A stretch of DNA of 64,000 nt from Octopus vulgaris (Eukaryota): the NCBI GenBank assembly GCA_951406725.2, contig OX597824.1, positions 90,582,001-90,646,000 on the forward strand, in the 5' to 3' direction. This document shows, one piece after another, positions 28,149 through 42,897 of this stretch; position 1 is the first letter of the stretch; the number at the start of each line of letters is the position of its first letter. The notes under the pieces are model-generated. The model saw only the letters and a program-made list of their open reading frames with translations. It ran no database searches and had not been told where the DNA came from. The translations under genes and the position numbers were made by a program.

Positions 28149-28394
28149 CCATATATACATATATATATACACATTCATATGCATACACACATACATATAT
28201 AGACACATGCAAACACACAAACACACACACACACACTTATATAGGTGTGAAACTGATTATTAGCAATTCATTGATAACTGATGAAGAATTAGGGACCTCC
28301 TGTGTTTGTGTCCCGTTCGGTTTTACACTCAGCATACGTTATGTCTTTTGTATATTTACCATACAGCTTTTCATTTATTATATATGTGTATATA

Positions 28395-28450
<56 letters not shown>

Positions 28451-28917
28451 GTATATATATATATATGTATATATATATATACATATATATATGCACACAT
28501 ATTTATATATACATACATACACATATACATATACATATACATGTACGAACATACACACACACCTGTGCTTCTGCGTGCACGTGTGTAGTAGATAAGTATG
28601 TGCTTAAATGCTGAAAGCAAATGCGTAAACGAATGTACTTGAAATATGTGAGTGTGTATAAATTGTATATATATATATATATACTTATATTTATACACAC
28701 ACACACACACATACATATATATATACATATATATACATACATTTATACCACGCGCGTGCACACACACACACACACTCACACACTCACACACAGGCACCCG
28801 TATAAATATATTCACATATGTTTGTATATACGTATGTATTTGTGTATATTGGAAGCACCAATCTTCCAAACCACATAATTAAAGTAATTAGCTCACTACT
28901 TTAAAATGCGCGCGCAT

Positions 28918-28999
<82 letters not shown>

Positions 29000-29140
29000 G
29001 TGTGTGTGTGTATTTGCGTATCCATCCATCCTGAAAGTAATCGACAATCAGAGATTAGAAAACTAAAGACAAAACAAACAAAAAAAAAAACGGTAAATGA
29101 ACGAGGAAAGAAAAAGTGAAAGAAAGAAAGAACGAAATAG

Positions 29141-29174
<34 letters not shown>

Positions 29175-29546
29175 GAAGGAAGAAGGAATGATAAAAAAAA
29201 TATGGTCGTCAGTAAATGTAATTTGTTATTTGGTATCGGAAACTCTGAAATTTAATTAAATCTGTGTTTCATAGTAGAATTACAACGTTTATAGTTTTGT
29301 GTTGTGTTTTTGTTTCCTTTTGTCTGCTGTTCTGAAATTCTTATTAGTTGTGAGAGAATATTAGGAGCAAATCGTGAAGAGAGAGGACCGAGCTCAGCGG
29401 ATCTCCGCTCAGATTCTCATCTGTTATTGCGAGTCTTATGAACATGGATCAGGTTACTTCAGAACGGAGTTATCATATAGGTCTGTCTGTCTGTCTATTT
29501 GTCTTTCTCCTCTCTTTATATATACATACATACATACATACATACA

Positions 29547-29599
<53 letters not shown>

Positions 29600-29652
29600 A
29601 TGTATATATGTATGTATGTATGAATATATGTATGTATGTATGTATATGTATA

Positions 29653-29718
<66 letters not shown>

Positions 29719-29769
29719 AAAGAAGTTTGAAAACGCCACTATATAAGATAAATTTTAATTTTCTTAGAA

Positions 29770-29815
29770 ATTTTACGTTTCGGTTCTTCTTGAAAAAACG
29801 AACCTTATCAAAAAT
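29770..29815 (-). other. Degenerate hammerhead-like motif
   Basis: Minus strand attt-TTGATAA-ggttc...gaacc-GAAACGTA-aaat; stems I and II can form but the core is mutated. Confidence 0.4.
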
Positions 29816-30059
29816 ACTTTAGAAGTATATATATATATATATGTATACACATATATATGCAAATACATATATATATATTTATATATATATATATATATTA
29901 ATATTAATATATATACACGAATACATATATATATGCATATATCGATATATAGATACATATGTACTTATGCATATGTATATAAATACATATATATGATTAT
30001 TGCCTTGAATTTGTACAGATTTTAAAGTAAAATTCACATACAATATTTAGATATTTGTA

Positions 30060-30420
30060 TATACCTTTATTCAACCAGATACCTCTCATTTTATTCCACT
30101 ACGTTCTGCCTTCATAGAGGCAGATTCATTTTCCAATATCAAAGAATTTGGCATCTGAATAACTCGTGAAATAGTCCAATCGCTTTCACATATCATCTTG
30201 AAATTTTTCTCCTGAAGAGAATTTTGTAGGGAACGAAATAAATGGCAAACGTAAAGGGTCGAGTGAGTACAGTGGGTGTAGTAGGACACCTCAAGTGAGC
30301 TGTACCAATTTCCGTTGGGTCTGCAAAAAAACACGAGGTCTAGCGTTGTGACGGAAGGGGGCACCTTGACGATTGATCAATTCAGAACATTTTTCATCGA
30401 TTACCTCCTTTAATCAATCT
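30060..30420 (-). mobile_element. Mariner transposase remnant (second copy ~32161-32520)
   Basis: FRHNARPRV...QTQRKLVQLT*GVLLHPLYSLD and HLFRSLQNSL match the mariner HDNARPH, HPPYSPDL and HLFRSLQN motifs. Confidence 0.85.
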
Positions 30421-30475
30421 AACTGAAAATAATTGTTTCATAACAAGGCATACAAGTGATTCACATTTTCAAGTA

Positions 30476-30870
30476 CAGTGATGCCTCGCAGTACGAGTTT
30501 AATTCGTTCCATGACCGAGCTCGACTAACGATTGACTCGTTTTACAAATCAAATTTCCCTAATTGAAACTAGCTAAAATATAATTAATCCGTTTCAGCCC
30601 GCCCCACAAAAACCATTCAAAAATAATTTTTTATGGATTTTAAAACAGAAAACGTGTAGTTACAAGTAAAATGATAATTATATATATATAAAAAAAAAGA
30701 GAATGCAAAAGAAACTGGTTTTATTAACTGAACTACCTTATAGATGGCACGATTTGTGTGCTCGTATTGCGGATTACCGTTCGTACTTCGAGACAAAAAA
30801 TTTGCATGAGTCTCGGCTCTTACAGCAAATTACTCGTACAATGGGACACTCGTACTGCGAGATTCTACTG
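30476..30870. mobile_element. Tigger/pogo-like MITE
   Basis: TA|cagtgatgcctcgcagtacgag ... ctcgtactgcgagattctactg|TA: imperfect TIRs with TA TSD. Confidence 0.85.
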
Positions 30871-30896
30871 TATTTTTAAATGCCTTATAACACTTT

Positions 30897-31207
30897 GCGC
30901 GAAGGCACTGTGGCTTAATGGTTAGGGTGTTGCACTCACAGTCGCTGGATCGTGAGTTTGATTCGCGAACCGAGCGGCGAGTTTTGTTCTTGAGCAAAAG
31001 CACGATATATCACGCCACTCCCGTTCATTCAGCAGTAAACAGGTAACCCTGTGATGGAGAAGCCTTCCGATCAGGCAGGACGTTGGTCTGCTCTCACAGC
31101 CAGTGGGGCTGGAGGCATAATTCGAAGGCAAAAATAATGCAGAATGCATTGTGACCAGTGAAGCATAATAACATCCAATAGTGTGGTCGATCATGTGATC
31201 ACGTGAT
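30897..31207 (+). mobile_element. SINE family B, full length
   Basis: tRNA-like head (tggcttaatggttag A box, gtttgattc B box), cttgagcaaaagcac, ccctgtgatgga, 3' gtgatcacgtgat. Confidence 0.8.
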
Positions 31208-31751
31208 AACGGTCGTATGAAACACTCGGAGTATCTCTGCTATGTCTCGTGCCATGTGACCTCGGTTATCTTTCATTAGCATTTCGATTTGGTTATCAAC
31301 AATCTCTGTAAATCTACCGAAACACTCACGTCTTGCAAATAAAAATTCCTACTCCTAAACCTATCAAACCACTAACGAACATTCTTCCAGGCCTTAGCAC
31401 CGGTTCTATAAACTGCGTATATCCTCTTTGTTATTTGTACAGCTTTTCTCCCTTTTTTGAAAGCAAAAGAATATCAACCGACGAAAATGCTTCTCATTTT
31501 TCTAACAGTTGAAATAAGCGATCCACGCAGTGATTCTATTGAAACCATAAGTAGTTCGTATCTTTAATACTGTGTCCATTAAATGATATTTATTTATCTC
31601 TCACTGGATGCAGTGCTTTCTTTCTTACATTTCCGTAACGGAACAGTATACTTTATACATGCATACATTCGTGAAACTCTGAGTAATAGCTTTTGAGATA
31701 ATTCTGCAGCTTTAATAAAAGTATGTATATATACATGTATACACCCCACAC

Positions 31752-31799
<48 letters not shown>

Positions 31800-31805
<6 letters not shown>

Positions 31806-31990
31806 CATGATTGATCGCTAACCACTAAACCCTTTTTTATTTTTTCTTCCTTTTTATTTTCTCTCTCTGCGTTCCTTTCTGTTGAAGAGCGTAAGCTCGA
31901 AATGTAAAAGACTTTCTCAATTCCCGAGCGTTAAACTAATACATCTGTTTGTTGTTTACACACCCGTCTTCGTCTTTTCTTTTGTTTTTC
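31800..31990 (+). mobile_element. PLE-derived terminal module with hammerhead-like motif (full copy ~33910-34115)
   Basis: ttgccatgat.gatcg.ta.ccacta is shared with the PLE 3' UTR at 48934; cttt-CTGTTGA-agagc-gtaa-gctc-GAAATGTA-aaag. Confidence 0.75.
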
Positions 31991-32576
31991 TATATATATT
32001 AATATTAATATATATACACGAATACATATATATATGCATATATCGATATATAGATACATATGTACTTATGCATATGTATATAAATACATATATATGATTA
32101 TTGCCTTGAATTTGTACAGATTTTAAAGTAAAATTCACATACAATATTTAGATATTTGTATATACCTTTATTCAACCAGATACCTCTCATTTTATTCCAC
32201 TACGTTCTGCCTTCATAGAGGCAGATTCATTTTCCAATATCAAAGAATTTGGCATCTGAATAACTCGTGAAATAGTCCAATCGCTTTCACATATCATCTT
32301 GAAATTTTTCGCCTGAAGAGAATTTTGTAGGGAACGAAATAAATGGCAAACGTAAAGGGTCGAGTGAGTACAGTGGGTGTAGTAGGACACCTCAAGTGAG
32401 CTGTACCAATTTCCGTTGGGTCTGCAAAAAAACACGAGGTCTAGCGTTGTGACGGAAGGGGGCACCTTGACGATTGATCAATTCAGAACATTTTTCATCG
32501 ATTACCTCCTTTAATCAATCTAACTGAAAATAATTGTTTCATAACAAGGCATACAAGTGATTCACATTTTCAAGTA

Positions 32577-32969
32577 CAGTGATGCCTCGCAGTACGAGTT
32601 TAATTCGTTCCATGACCGAGCTCGACTAACGATTGACTCGTTTTACAAATCAAATTTCCCTAATTGAAACTAGCTAAAATATAATTAATCCGTTTCAGCC
32701 CGCCCCACAAAAACCATTCAAAAATAATTTTTTATGGATTTTAAAACAGAAAACGTGTAGTTACAAGTAAAATGATAATTATATATATATAAAAAAAGAG
32801 AATGCAAAAGAAACTGGTTTTATTAACTGAACTACCTTATAGATGGCACGATTTGTGTGCTCGTATTGCGGATTACCGTTCGTACTTCGAGACAAAAAAT
32901 TTGCATGAGTCTCGGCTCTTACAGCAAATTACTCGTACAATGGGACACTCGTACTGCGAGATTCTACTG
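32577..32969. mobile_element. Tigger/pogo-like MITE (duplicated copy)
   Basis: As 30476-30870. Confidence 0.85.
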
Positions 32970-32995
32970 TATTTTTAAATGCCTTATAACACTTT

Positions 32996-33306
32996 GCGCG
33001 AAGGCACTGTGGCTTAATGGTTAGGGTGTTGCACTCACAGTCGCTGGATCGTGAGTTTGATTCGCGAACCGAGCGGCGAGTTTTGTTCTTGAGCAAAAGC
33101 ACGATATATCACGCCACTCCAGTTCATTCAGCAGTAAACAGGTAACCCTGTGATGGAGAAGCCTTCCGATCAGGCAGGACGTTGGTCTGCTCTCACAGCC
33201 AGTGGGGCTGGAGGCATAATTCGAAGGCAAAAATAATGCAGAATGCATTGTGACCAGTGAAGCATAATAACATCCAATAGTGTGGTCGATCATGTGATCA
33301 CGTGAT
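32996..33306 (+). mobile_element. SINE family B (duplicated copy)
   Basis: As 30897-31207. Confidence 0.8.
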
Positions 33307-33865
33307 AACGGTCGTATGAAACACTCGGAGTATCTCTGCTATGTCTCGTGCCATGTGACCTCGGTTATCTTTCATTAGCATTTCGATTTGGTTATCAACA
33401 ATCTCTGTAAATCTACCGAAACACTCACGTCTTGCAAATAAAAATTCCTACTCCTAAACCTATCAAACCACTAACGAACATTCTTCCAGGCCTTAGCACC
33501 GGTTCTATAAACTGCGTATATCCTCTTTGTTATTTGTACAGCTTTTCTCCCTTTTTTGAAAGCAAAAGAATATCAACCGACGAAAATGCTTCTCATTTTT
33601 CTAACAGTTGAAATAAGCGATCCACGCAGTGATTCTATTGAAACCATAAGTAGTTCGTATCTTTAATACTGTGTCCATTAAATGATATTTATTTATCTCT
33701 CACTGGATGCAGTGCTTTCTTTCTTACATTTCCGTAACGGAACAGTATACTTTATACATGCATACATTCGTGAAACTCTGAGTAATAGCTTTTGAGATAA
33801 TTCTGCAGCTTTAATAAAAGTATGTATATATACATGTATACACCCCACACACATACATACACACA

Positions 33866-33914
<49 letters not shown>

Positions 33915-34167
33915 CATGATTGATCGCTAACCACTAAACCCTTTTTTATTTTTTCTTCCTTTTTATTTTCTCTCTCTGCGTTCCTTTCTGTTGAAGAGCG
34001 TAAGCTCGAAATGTAAAAGACTTTCTCAATTCCCGAGCGTTAAACTAATACATCTGTTTGTTGTTTACACACCCGTCTTCGTCTTTTCTTTTGTTTTTCT
34101 TGTAAATTCCAACTATACATACATACATACATACATACATACATACATACATACATACATACATACA

Positions 34168-34199
<32 letters not shown>

Positions 34200-34233
34200 C
34201 ACACAAATATATAATTTTTAAAATTTTATTATG

Positions 34234-34789
34234 ATAAGGGCACTAATGAATAGCGCCACATGCTAGAAGTAGATGCCAAATGGCTCTAAGAACTACATTA
34301 TTTACTCCATTAGAACGGGTTGAAAACAACAAAGTGAACAAAGAAAATTCTTTCAAAAAGAAATTTAACCATAGATCGATTTTTAGCTTAGAGATATAAA
34401 ACTCTTTTTACCGTCATCAATATGATTTAACACAATGTACATCATTATAAACATTTATTCGTCCCCATACCAATAACAACGTATCCATAAGCATATATAC
34501 AAATGTTTACACTTATATACATGCTACATCTAATTCATTCACTACAGCCACGTGCGTATACGACCAGAAGTAATCCCGGAGTGTATATATTAGTCGGAGT
34601 TATTCATTTATAATTATATATAATCAAGGATGAAATTTATATAAGATTTTACCAAGTAGCCAGCATGTAATAAAACCATATAGGTAACAATTAATAAAAA
34701 TATATAATTATATAAATATAATTATAATAAGGGCACTAGTGAGTAGCGCCACATGCTAGAAGTAGACGCTAAATGGTTCTAAGAACGAC
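34234..34789. repeat. Element with ~63-bp diverged direct repeats (34234-34296 and 34727-34789)
   Basis: ataagggcacta.tga.tagcgccacatgctagaagtaga.gc.aaatgg.tctaagaac occurs twice. Confidence 0.85.
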
Positions 34790-34905
34790 TTTACTTACAT
34801 TGTGTCATACGATACTGATGAAAGTAAAGATGTGTGTGTGTGCGTATATATATATATATATATATATATACATAAATATATATACATATAAACAAATATA
34901 AATAA

Positions 34906-34958
<53 letters not shown>

Positions 34959-35146
34959 TAACTAATTAAGTATTGGTTATGTAATTATTACTTTGCTGGT
35001 AAAGCACGTTCACTGCTCATGGCTATCTGACGTTATCCACAGTTTTGTTTTACAATTGCCGCTGGATCTACCTCAGGAATTCCTCAGTGTTCATCGAGTA
35101 TTTTCGTCATCCTTTGTTATATATGTAACAAGATATGTGTGTCTTT

Positions 35147-35182
<36 letters not shown>

Positions 35183-35972
35183 CTAGCATACTTCGCTGGT
35201 AGGATTTGAACACTGCTTCAGCCGTGCCAAAATCGTAAGATTCCAAAAAGCTCCGTCCAATCGTCTCATCCCGTTTGTGTATGTGTATATGCATGAGCGC
35301 GTCTACGTGTGTGTGCGTGTGTATGTGTGTGTATGTGTGTGTGTGTGCGTGTATATGTATGTGTGTGTGTGTGTGTATGGTCGATGTTTTCGACTTATCC
35401 CTTCAAAGCGCTGCCCCAGTATACCCGCAGTCCAATGACTGAAATAAGTAAAAGGCAGTATGTAAAACGCAATCAACATTATGTAATGCACCCTCGTCAG
35501 CTGTATGAATGAGAGGAGCTTTGACTGTTATTTCTAGCAGTAAGAATCGTACACGTTCCAACATAGTAACATGGTATGTAGTTAGTCATGTTACGCAAAT
35601 GTCGCGTCATGGAAATCAAATAATTGACAGCAAAATATTTGAGAAACTCAAAACAACAAGATAGAAATTTGCTGTGACTCTTTCTTCCTTTGCATTTAGA
35701 TGTTTATTTATTGTAAATCACAAATTGTGGACAATAGTTACTGTTGGTTGCAGGTTTGCAATGGGCCAAACATTGGTTCACTGAACTTCTGACGCTAGGA
35801 CAGACAATGGCTGCGTGAGATTTGTTGTGAAACAATTGCGTTCTCTCAAATGACTTTACTGGAAAACCGCCAAAAGTATTCGCTCAAATACAAGAGTATA
35901 CGGACAACGATGAAGGTTATAAGGACACAAGCACGAACGCTCGAACGCGCACACACACGCACACACATACAC

Positions 35973-36034
<62 letters not shown>

Positions 36035-36368
36035 CTATATAAATAAATAAATAAATAAATATTTCTTTAATAAAATTTCCGTTATTTTTCTGGAACCCAA
36101 AGTTTCATGCGGACGAAAATCGACATTCATTCAACCAGAATTTAAAATCGTGAATGATACGCTGCCATTGTAGCGTGGTGGTGGTGGTGGTGGTGTGAGT
36201 GTCATTTCACTTCTGGTTGACTAAACCGTCCAAATGAAAGATTTGGTTCCACAAAAATAACCTATAATTTTATTAAAAAAAAGAATTCTTTATATTCTTT
36301 CCGGGTGGTCTCTCATTCTCTATTCCTTCTTCATGTTCGTTTGTTTCGTGCGCACACACACACACATG

Positions 36369-36418
<50 letters not shown>

Positions 36419-36508
36419 TACTCACGCATACATATTCACATACACAAACATAAATATATATGTATGCATATATTTATATAGACATATATGCATATAAGTG
36501 CAAATGCA

Positions 36509-36595
<87 letters not shown>

Positions 36596-37512
36596 ATACA
36601 TAAACATAAAAATATATATAACTATATTCATATACATATGTTCCTAACGACCACAGAATATGAGAACAAACTGTTTTTATTTATATTTTTTACTCTTTAT
36701 TTCCTAATTTTTGACTTTTATAAATTTTATAAAATGTCACTGAACGTAATGAGCATAAAAATTCTTACCTGCCCGATTAAAGAATTTTAAACAGGTTTCC
36801 GTACAGTTTCCACCATTTTTACTTTTTACCCATTACCTTTGATTTGCATGGATTCTTAAATCCTTTTCATTTATACATACATACATTCATACATACGTAC
36901 ATACATACATACATACATACATACATACATACATACATACATACATACATGCATATATATATATACACATATACCCATGTATACCCATACATTCGTATGT
37001 CCACGCATACACTTGTATGAAGCTGACACTCTTCCGATGATGAATCTCTGCCAAAGTTCTACAACAGGAATAAAACAAGTTTGTACGTGAACGAAGGAAA
37101 GGATTTTGTTTGTCTGGAAGCGTCTAGTACATACTTGTTTCTATTATCGTTTGCTTATCGGAAGCGCGAAACTCGCACAACGTTTCTGTTTAAATTAACC
37201 GTCATGATATTACTCTACCTCACTTTCTAATTTCTTGCTTATTTTTCGCATTGGATTGCTTACAGTGATGGCTATTTCTCTTTACCATTTATACATTCAG
37301 TATTTATATATATTTCGTTGCGAATAGCCTTGTTATACGGCGCCGGGTTTTACTATTCACGCGGATAGGAAAGCCTACTTTTTTCTGTCGAGGGCTTATA
37401 TGCCCCATTATTAGACTATTTTTCTTAGTCATTGCACGATGATCGCTATAAGCCTTAGGCTTATATAAATACTTTGATATGTGTGTGTGTGCGTGTGTAT
37501 GTGTTCTGATAT

Positions 37513-37613
<101 letters not shown>

Positions 37614-37624
37614 TATATAAAAGA

Positions 37625-37740
37625 AGGAGACAAATGGGATAATGGGATTTAAAATTTCCTACAGCTGTTTCGCTACAGCATTATTGATGTATTCATAAAT
37701 TACGTCGTAGCGTAGATTCACCAGCTTCAAATTTCATCTC
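37625..37740 (-). mobile_element. PLE-type module with long-stem-II hammerhead-like motif
   Basis: Minus strand CTGGTGA...gctac-(tgaatacatcaataa loop)-gtagc-GAAAC-AGCT-GTA; loop shared with 47882-47944. Confidence 0.55.
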
Positions 37741-37868
37741 CAGCTTCAAATTTTAAACGAGCATAAGCAGGTGAGGTAGAATCTTGATGATGACCTCTCT
37801 AACAAACAACATCATGAAAAGTGATATTGTTTTTTTAAAAAAATAACATTCGAATTTATAGAGTCACA

Positions 37869-37950
<82 letters not shown>

Positions 37951-37951
<1 letters not shown>

Positions 37952-38293
37952 ACGTGTCTCTAAAAGAAATGGAGAAACTCTCAAAATACAAAGACCTGGA
38001 AATAGAGGTAACTAGAATGTGGAACCTGAAAACAGAAACAATTCCTATCATAGTAGGTGCATTAGGCATGATAAAAAAATATATCAGACAAATACATAAC
38101 AAAAACACCAGGACTTACAAACACATATAACATACAGAAAATTGCACTACTAGGCACTGCACACATCCTACGCAGAACACTTTCCATACAATAACCATCA
38201 GAGCATCACAACAAATCACAGCACATACCTAAGGCACACAGAGCTGCGCTCGGTAGTGAAGTGAAAGCACGCTATTAAAATAAAACTACTGAA
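37951..38293 (+). mobile_element. Dong/R4-type LINE, short 3' copy
   Basis: Nearly identical to 26715-27060; lies in (TAA)n. Confidence 0.93.
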
Positions 38294-38603
38294 TAATAAT
38301 AATAGCAATCATGCGAGGAGCGAAAAGGTCAAACAACTCTTTTATCTTAATTTGTTTATAGCCACAACTTACTAAGAAGGAATGAATACAAATTGGCTAC
38401 AGTCATGATATGTCCTGAGGGTCATAAAAACCAGGAAAATATCTTGTCGGTAAAATGAAATAAAGGAAGCAGGCCTTGGAGCCCCAAGGTTTTCCCTACG
38501 ATCTGCCTAAGGTCTGCTTTACCTCATTTAGTACGCCGGATAAAATGCTTAGTGGCATTTTGTGTGCCTTGACTCAAGATTTGAAATCAATAATTCATTC
38601 AAA

Positions 38604-38814
38604 GGCTGCGAGCTGGCAGAAACGTTAGCACGCAGGGTGAAGTGCTTAGTGGCATTTCGTGTCTTTATGTTCTGAGTTCAAATTCCGCCGAGGTCGACTT
38701 AGCCTTTCATCCTTTCGGGGTCGATAAATTAAGTACCAGTTGCGTACTGGGGTAGATGTCATCGACTGGCCCCTGCCCCAAATTTCAGGCCTTGTGCCTA
38801 GAGTAGAAAAGAAT
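38604..38814 (+). mobile_element. SINE family D (fragments nearby at 38530-38570 and 38815-38990)
   Basis: gagctggcagaaacgttagc head, gagttcaaattcc B box, gcctttcatcctttcggggtcgataaa.taagtaccag central domain; inverted copy at 62259-62475. Confidence 0.88.
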
Positions 38815-39036
38815 CGTTAGAACGTCGGATAAAGTGGTTAACGGTATACGTTCTGGGTGTTCTTGTTTTAAGTTCTTATCACGCCGAGGTCAATTTACGA
38901 TAAGTTAACCACGGCGGAATTTGAACTCAGAACGTAGCGGCAGACGAAATACCACTCAGCAATTTGCTGGGTGTGCTAAAGATTCTGTCGGTAATAAATT
39001 TATGCATTTATGGAATAAATGTATGTGTGCATATCA

Positions 39037-39342
<306 letters not shown>

Positions 39343-39549
39343 ACACCGCTAAGCAATTCGCTGGACGTGCTAAGGATTCTGTCGATAATAAATTTATGCT
39401 AAAATATTTTTAAAATGACAATAAAAAGCGAGGTTAAACGACGTCCCGGAGGAACTGAAAAGAATCCCAAAGAAGAGTATTTGAAATCACTCACGATGAC
39501 AAGTTCCGGTCGTCCTCTGCTTACAAAAGGCTGTTGGGTGGCGGTACAG

Positions 39550-41159
39550 GGGCTGGTTGTAGTAGTAGTGGTAGCAGCAGCAGCGGTAGTAATTGTTGTT
39601 GTTGTTGCAGTCGTAGTTCTGGGGTGGTGACGTTGATAGTGCTCACGATAGTGTTTGTGGAGGGAGAAGTTATTGGCTGTGGTGATTGTAACGGGGCCGC
39701 TGGTATGACTGGTAAGGGTCGTAGTACTGCTGGTCACTGACGTAGTAGTGATGGTTGTGGAGCAAGTAGTTCTGGTGTTGGTGGTGGTAAGGATGTTGGC
39801 GTATTGGTACTGTTGCTTGCTAAGGCTGTAGTGCTCGTAGCCGTGGTGTTGGTCACGGTAGTAAAAGAGGTAGTGGTAGCAGTAGTAGTAGTTGTGGTGC
39901 TAGTGATGGTGGTAGTGTTTGTGGTGGCGGCGTTGGTGACAGTACTGCTGTTGGTAGTGGTGGTGGTGGTGGTGGAGTGACACTGGTGGTGATGATGATG
40001 GTGATGGTGATGGTGATGTTATTGGTGGTGGTGGTAGCGTTGGTGATAGTGTTGGTGATGGCGGTGGTGGTGGTGGTGGTAGTGCTAGCGATAGTGGTGA
40101 TGGCGGTGATGGTGGTGGTCTTACCCGTCTGTCTTGGTGAATCACTAATGAATCACGGATTTGCACAAGTAAAACATTATCACATACTGCCCGCCTTACA
40201 ACTGGTCATTGTTGCTGTTGTTGTTGCTGTTGGTGCTGTTCTTGTTGTTGCTGTTGTTGGTGTTGTTGTTCTCGCTGCTGTTGTTGTTTGCCCTGAAGTA
40301 AATCGTCATAGGAGAGACCTGCAGGTCAGAGGCAAGCTATGGCCAAACGGCATAACACATCTAAGACTACATCATCCAATGTACACTTGCTATATTTCAA
40401 TTTTCTTTTTTTTTGTCTAAGGACAACAGGGTGTGATTTAAGGGTGATTTGACTGCAATTTTCAGCAGGTCGAGAGTCACTCGCTGGACTGTTCAACATG
40501 TTGTTGTTGTTGTTGTTGTGGTGGTGGTGGTGGTGGTTACTGCATTTATTGTTTTATATTTTTCTCATACTATGGTTAATGACAATTGGGATGATGATGG
40601 TGATTGTCATGATCATCATCATGATGATCATCACCATCATCACCATCGACATCATCATTGTTATCGTCGTCGTCATCATCATCATCATCATCATCATCCT
40701 TCTTCTTCTTCTTCTTCTTCTTCTTCTTCTTCTTCTTCTTCTTCTTCTTCTTCTTCTTCTTCTTCTTCTTCTTCTTCTCCTTCTTCTTCTTCTTCTTCTT
40801 CTTCTTCTCCTTCTTCTTCTTCTTGCCCTTCTTCTTCTTCTTCTTCTTCTTCTTCTTCTTCTTCTCCTTCTTCTTCTTCGTCCACCCCTACACACTTCCA
40901 CCCTGCACATCTCTCTCTCTCTCTCTCCTCGGTCACCACCACCACCCCCACCACCACCACCATCATCCACTTCACGTATTGATTATAACAAAATAGTTAT
41001 TTTACAACTGACTAAACAGTGATTTAGCCACTGGCTACAAATGTACAACTAATCTTATTCTTCTCCTTCATTCGTAATATGTTGTAACTGGTTGGCGAAA
41101 ACAACATCATCATCATCAACATCATCATCACCATCATCCTCCTCCTCCTCCTCATCATC

Positions 41160-41190
<31 letters not shown>

Positions 41191-41204
41191 CCATCTTCAT
41201 CACC

Positions 41205-41235
<31 letters not shown>

Positions 41236-41252
41236 CCATCATCATCACCATC

Positions 41253-41284
<32 letters not shown>

Positions 41285-41318
41285 CATCATCATCTTCATC
41301 ATCACCATCCTCATCACC

Positions 41319-41350
<32 letters not shown>

Positions 41351-41425
41351 CACCATCATCATCACCATCATCTTCATCATCATCATCATCATCATCATCA
41401 TCTTCATCATCACCATCCTCATCAC

Positions 41426-41484
<59 letters not shown>

Positions 41485-41870
41485 CCATCATCATCGTCAT
41501 CATCACTGTTACCGCCGCCATCACCACCACCACTATCGTCATCATCACCATCATCATCAGCAGCATCAGCAGCAGCATCAACATCGGCATCGTCATCGTC
41601 ATTATCATCATCATCGTTGTCGTCATCATCATCATCATCATCGTCAGCATCACCATCACTTTCATCACTTTCATCATCATCATCATCACCACCGCCGCCA
41701 CCACCACCATTATCATCGCCATCATCATCACCATCACCACCACCACCACCACCATCACCATCACCATCACCATCATCATCATCATCGTCATCGTCATCGT
41801 CGTCATCGTCGTTGTCATCATCGTCGTTGTCATCGTCGTCGTCATCATCATCGTCATCACCATTGTCATA
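39550..41870. repeat. Large compound trinucleotide field (GTG/GTA/GTT, CTT, CAT/CAC)
   Basis: Directly visible. Confidence 0.9.
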
Positions 41871-42552
41871 CAACAGCACACAAACCGCAGCGTCGTAACA
41901 ACACCACATCCTATATCGCCGTACCATAACACTAGCAAAAATTCGCAGCATCAAAACGCCAAATCGCCAACACCCCTGCACGGGACCCGCTACGACACCG
42001 CCGCACAAGAAACACTGCCAAAATCACTGTACTATCACACTGATACACGCAGCACCCATACCACAACACAACATTGCCACATAATCTCAACACCACAAGG
42101 CCTCTCCATAGCACCACGGTACTACCACACAAACAGGCCTCAACAACGCTCGCTACACTGTCTTACCACCGTTTCCCAAGACTAACGAACAACCCCAGCA
42201 TCAAAGCAGAACGTCGCCACATCATTACTCAACCACGCTACAAGATATGGTAATGAAGTGAAGAGCCGAGAGGCTCTTGTCTTCTGGAAACCTCGCGACA
42301 TGTTTGTCACAAATTTTACTGTGACAATCAAAGCATCGCTAATGTCACACCTCACGTGACACGTCGCCATCTTACATTTGTGTCTTCACCTTCTAAAGTC
42401 CCGAAATGGAGTCTAAAATCTATCGTACGAACGTAATTACGAGTACAAAAATATACATAGTATACTCTACACATCTAAGTATGTCTCATACGAAAGATAC
42501 AGCTGTTTATATCATTTACATACATTGGTGCATACGTACATATGCAAGCATG

Positions 42553-42650
<98 letters not shown>

Positions 42651-42679
42651 TTATACGTATGTGTGTGTGTGTTGGTTCA

Positions 42680-42860
42680 AACTTATACCAAAAACAAAAC
42701 AAGACAGAGACAGATAAAGGATCAGCAAAGAAGGTCTATTAGTTTGGTGTTAAGAAAAAATGAAATAAATTGTTTGCTTTTCGAGCCTACGCTCTCCTAC
42801 AGGAAGGAATGGGGAGAGAAAACAGATGAAGAGAGGAATAAATGGCTAGAAAAACGTGTG
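42680..42860 (-). mobile_element. Diverged PLE-derived module
   Basis: Minus strand ctgtagg-agagc-gtag-gctc-gaaa with the tail aaactaata...tgtctctgtcttgttttg. Confidence 0.5.
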
Positions 42861-42861
42861 T

Positions 42862-42897
<36 letters not shown>

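Larger units (their letters stand above)
29890..34099. repeat. Near-identical 2.1-kb tandem duplication (29890-31990 and 31991-34099)
   Basis: Initial offset 2101 bp; duplicated ORFs 30086/32187 and 30922/33021; only a few substitutions plus homopolymer and (CA)n length differences seen. Confidence 0.97.

Noticed and set aside
30897-30975. tRNA gene (and similar heads at 6221, 38604, 47280, 63291)
   Set aside because: A/B-box heads run into SINE bodies, the copies are diverged and no complete cloverleaf is evident.
41055-42008. Asp/Gly-rich ORF resembling acidic biomineral proteins
   Set aside because: It is a (GAT)n/(GGT)n microsatellite with overlapping frames also open and no convincing signal peptide or splice structure; RNA-seq would be needed to revive it.
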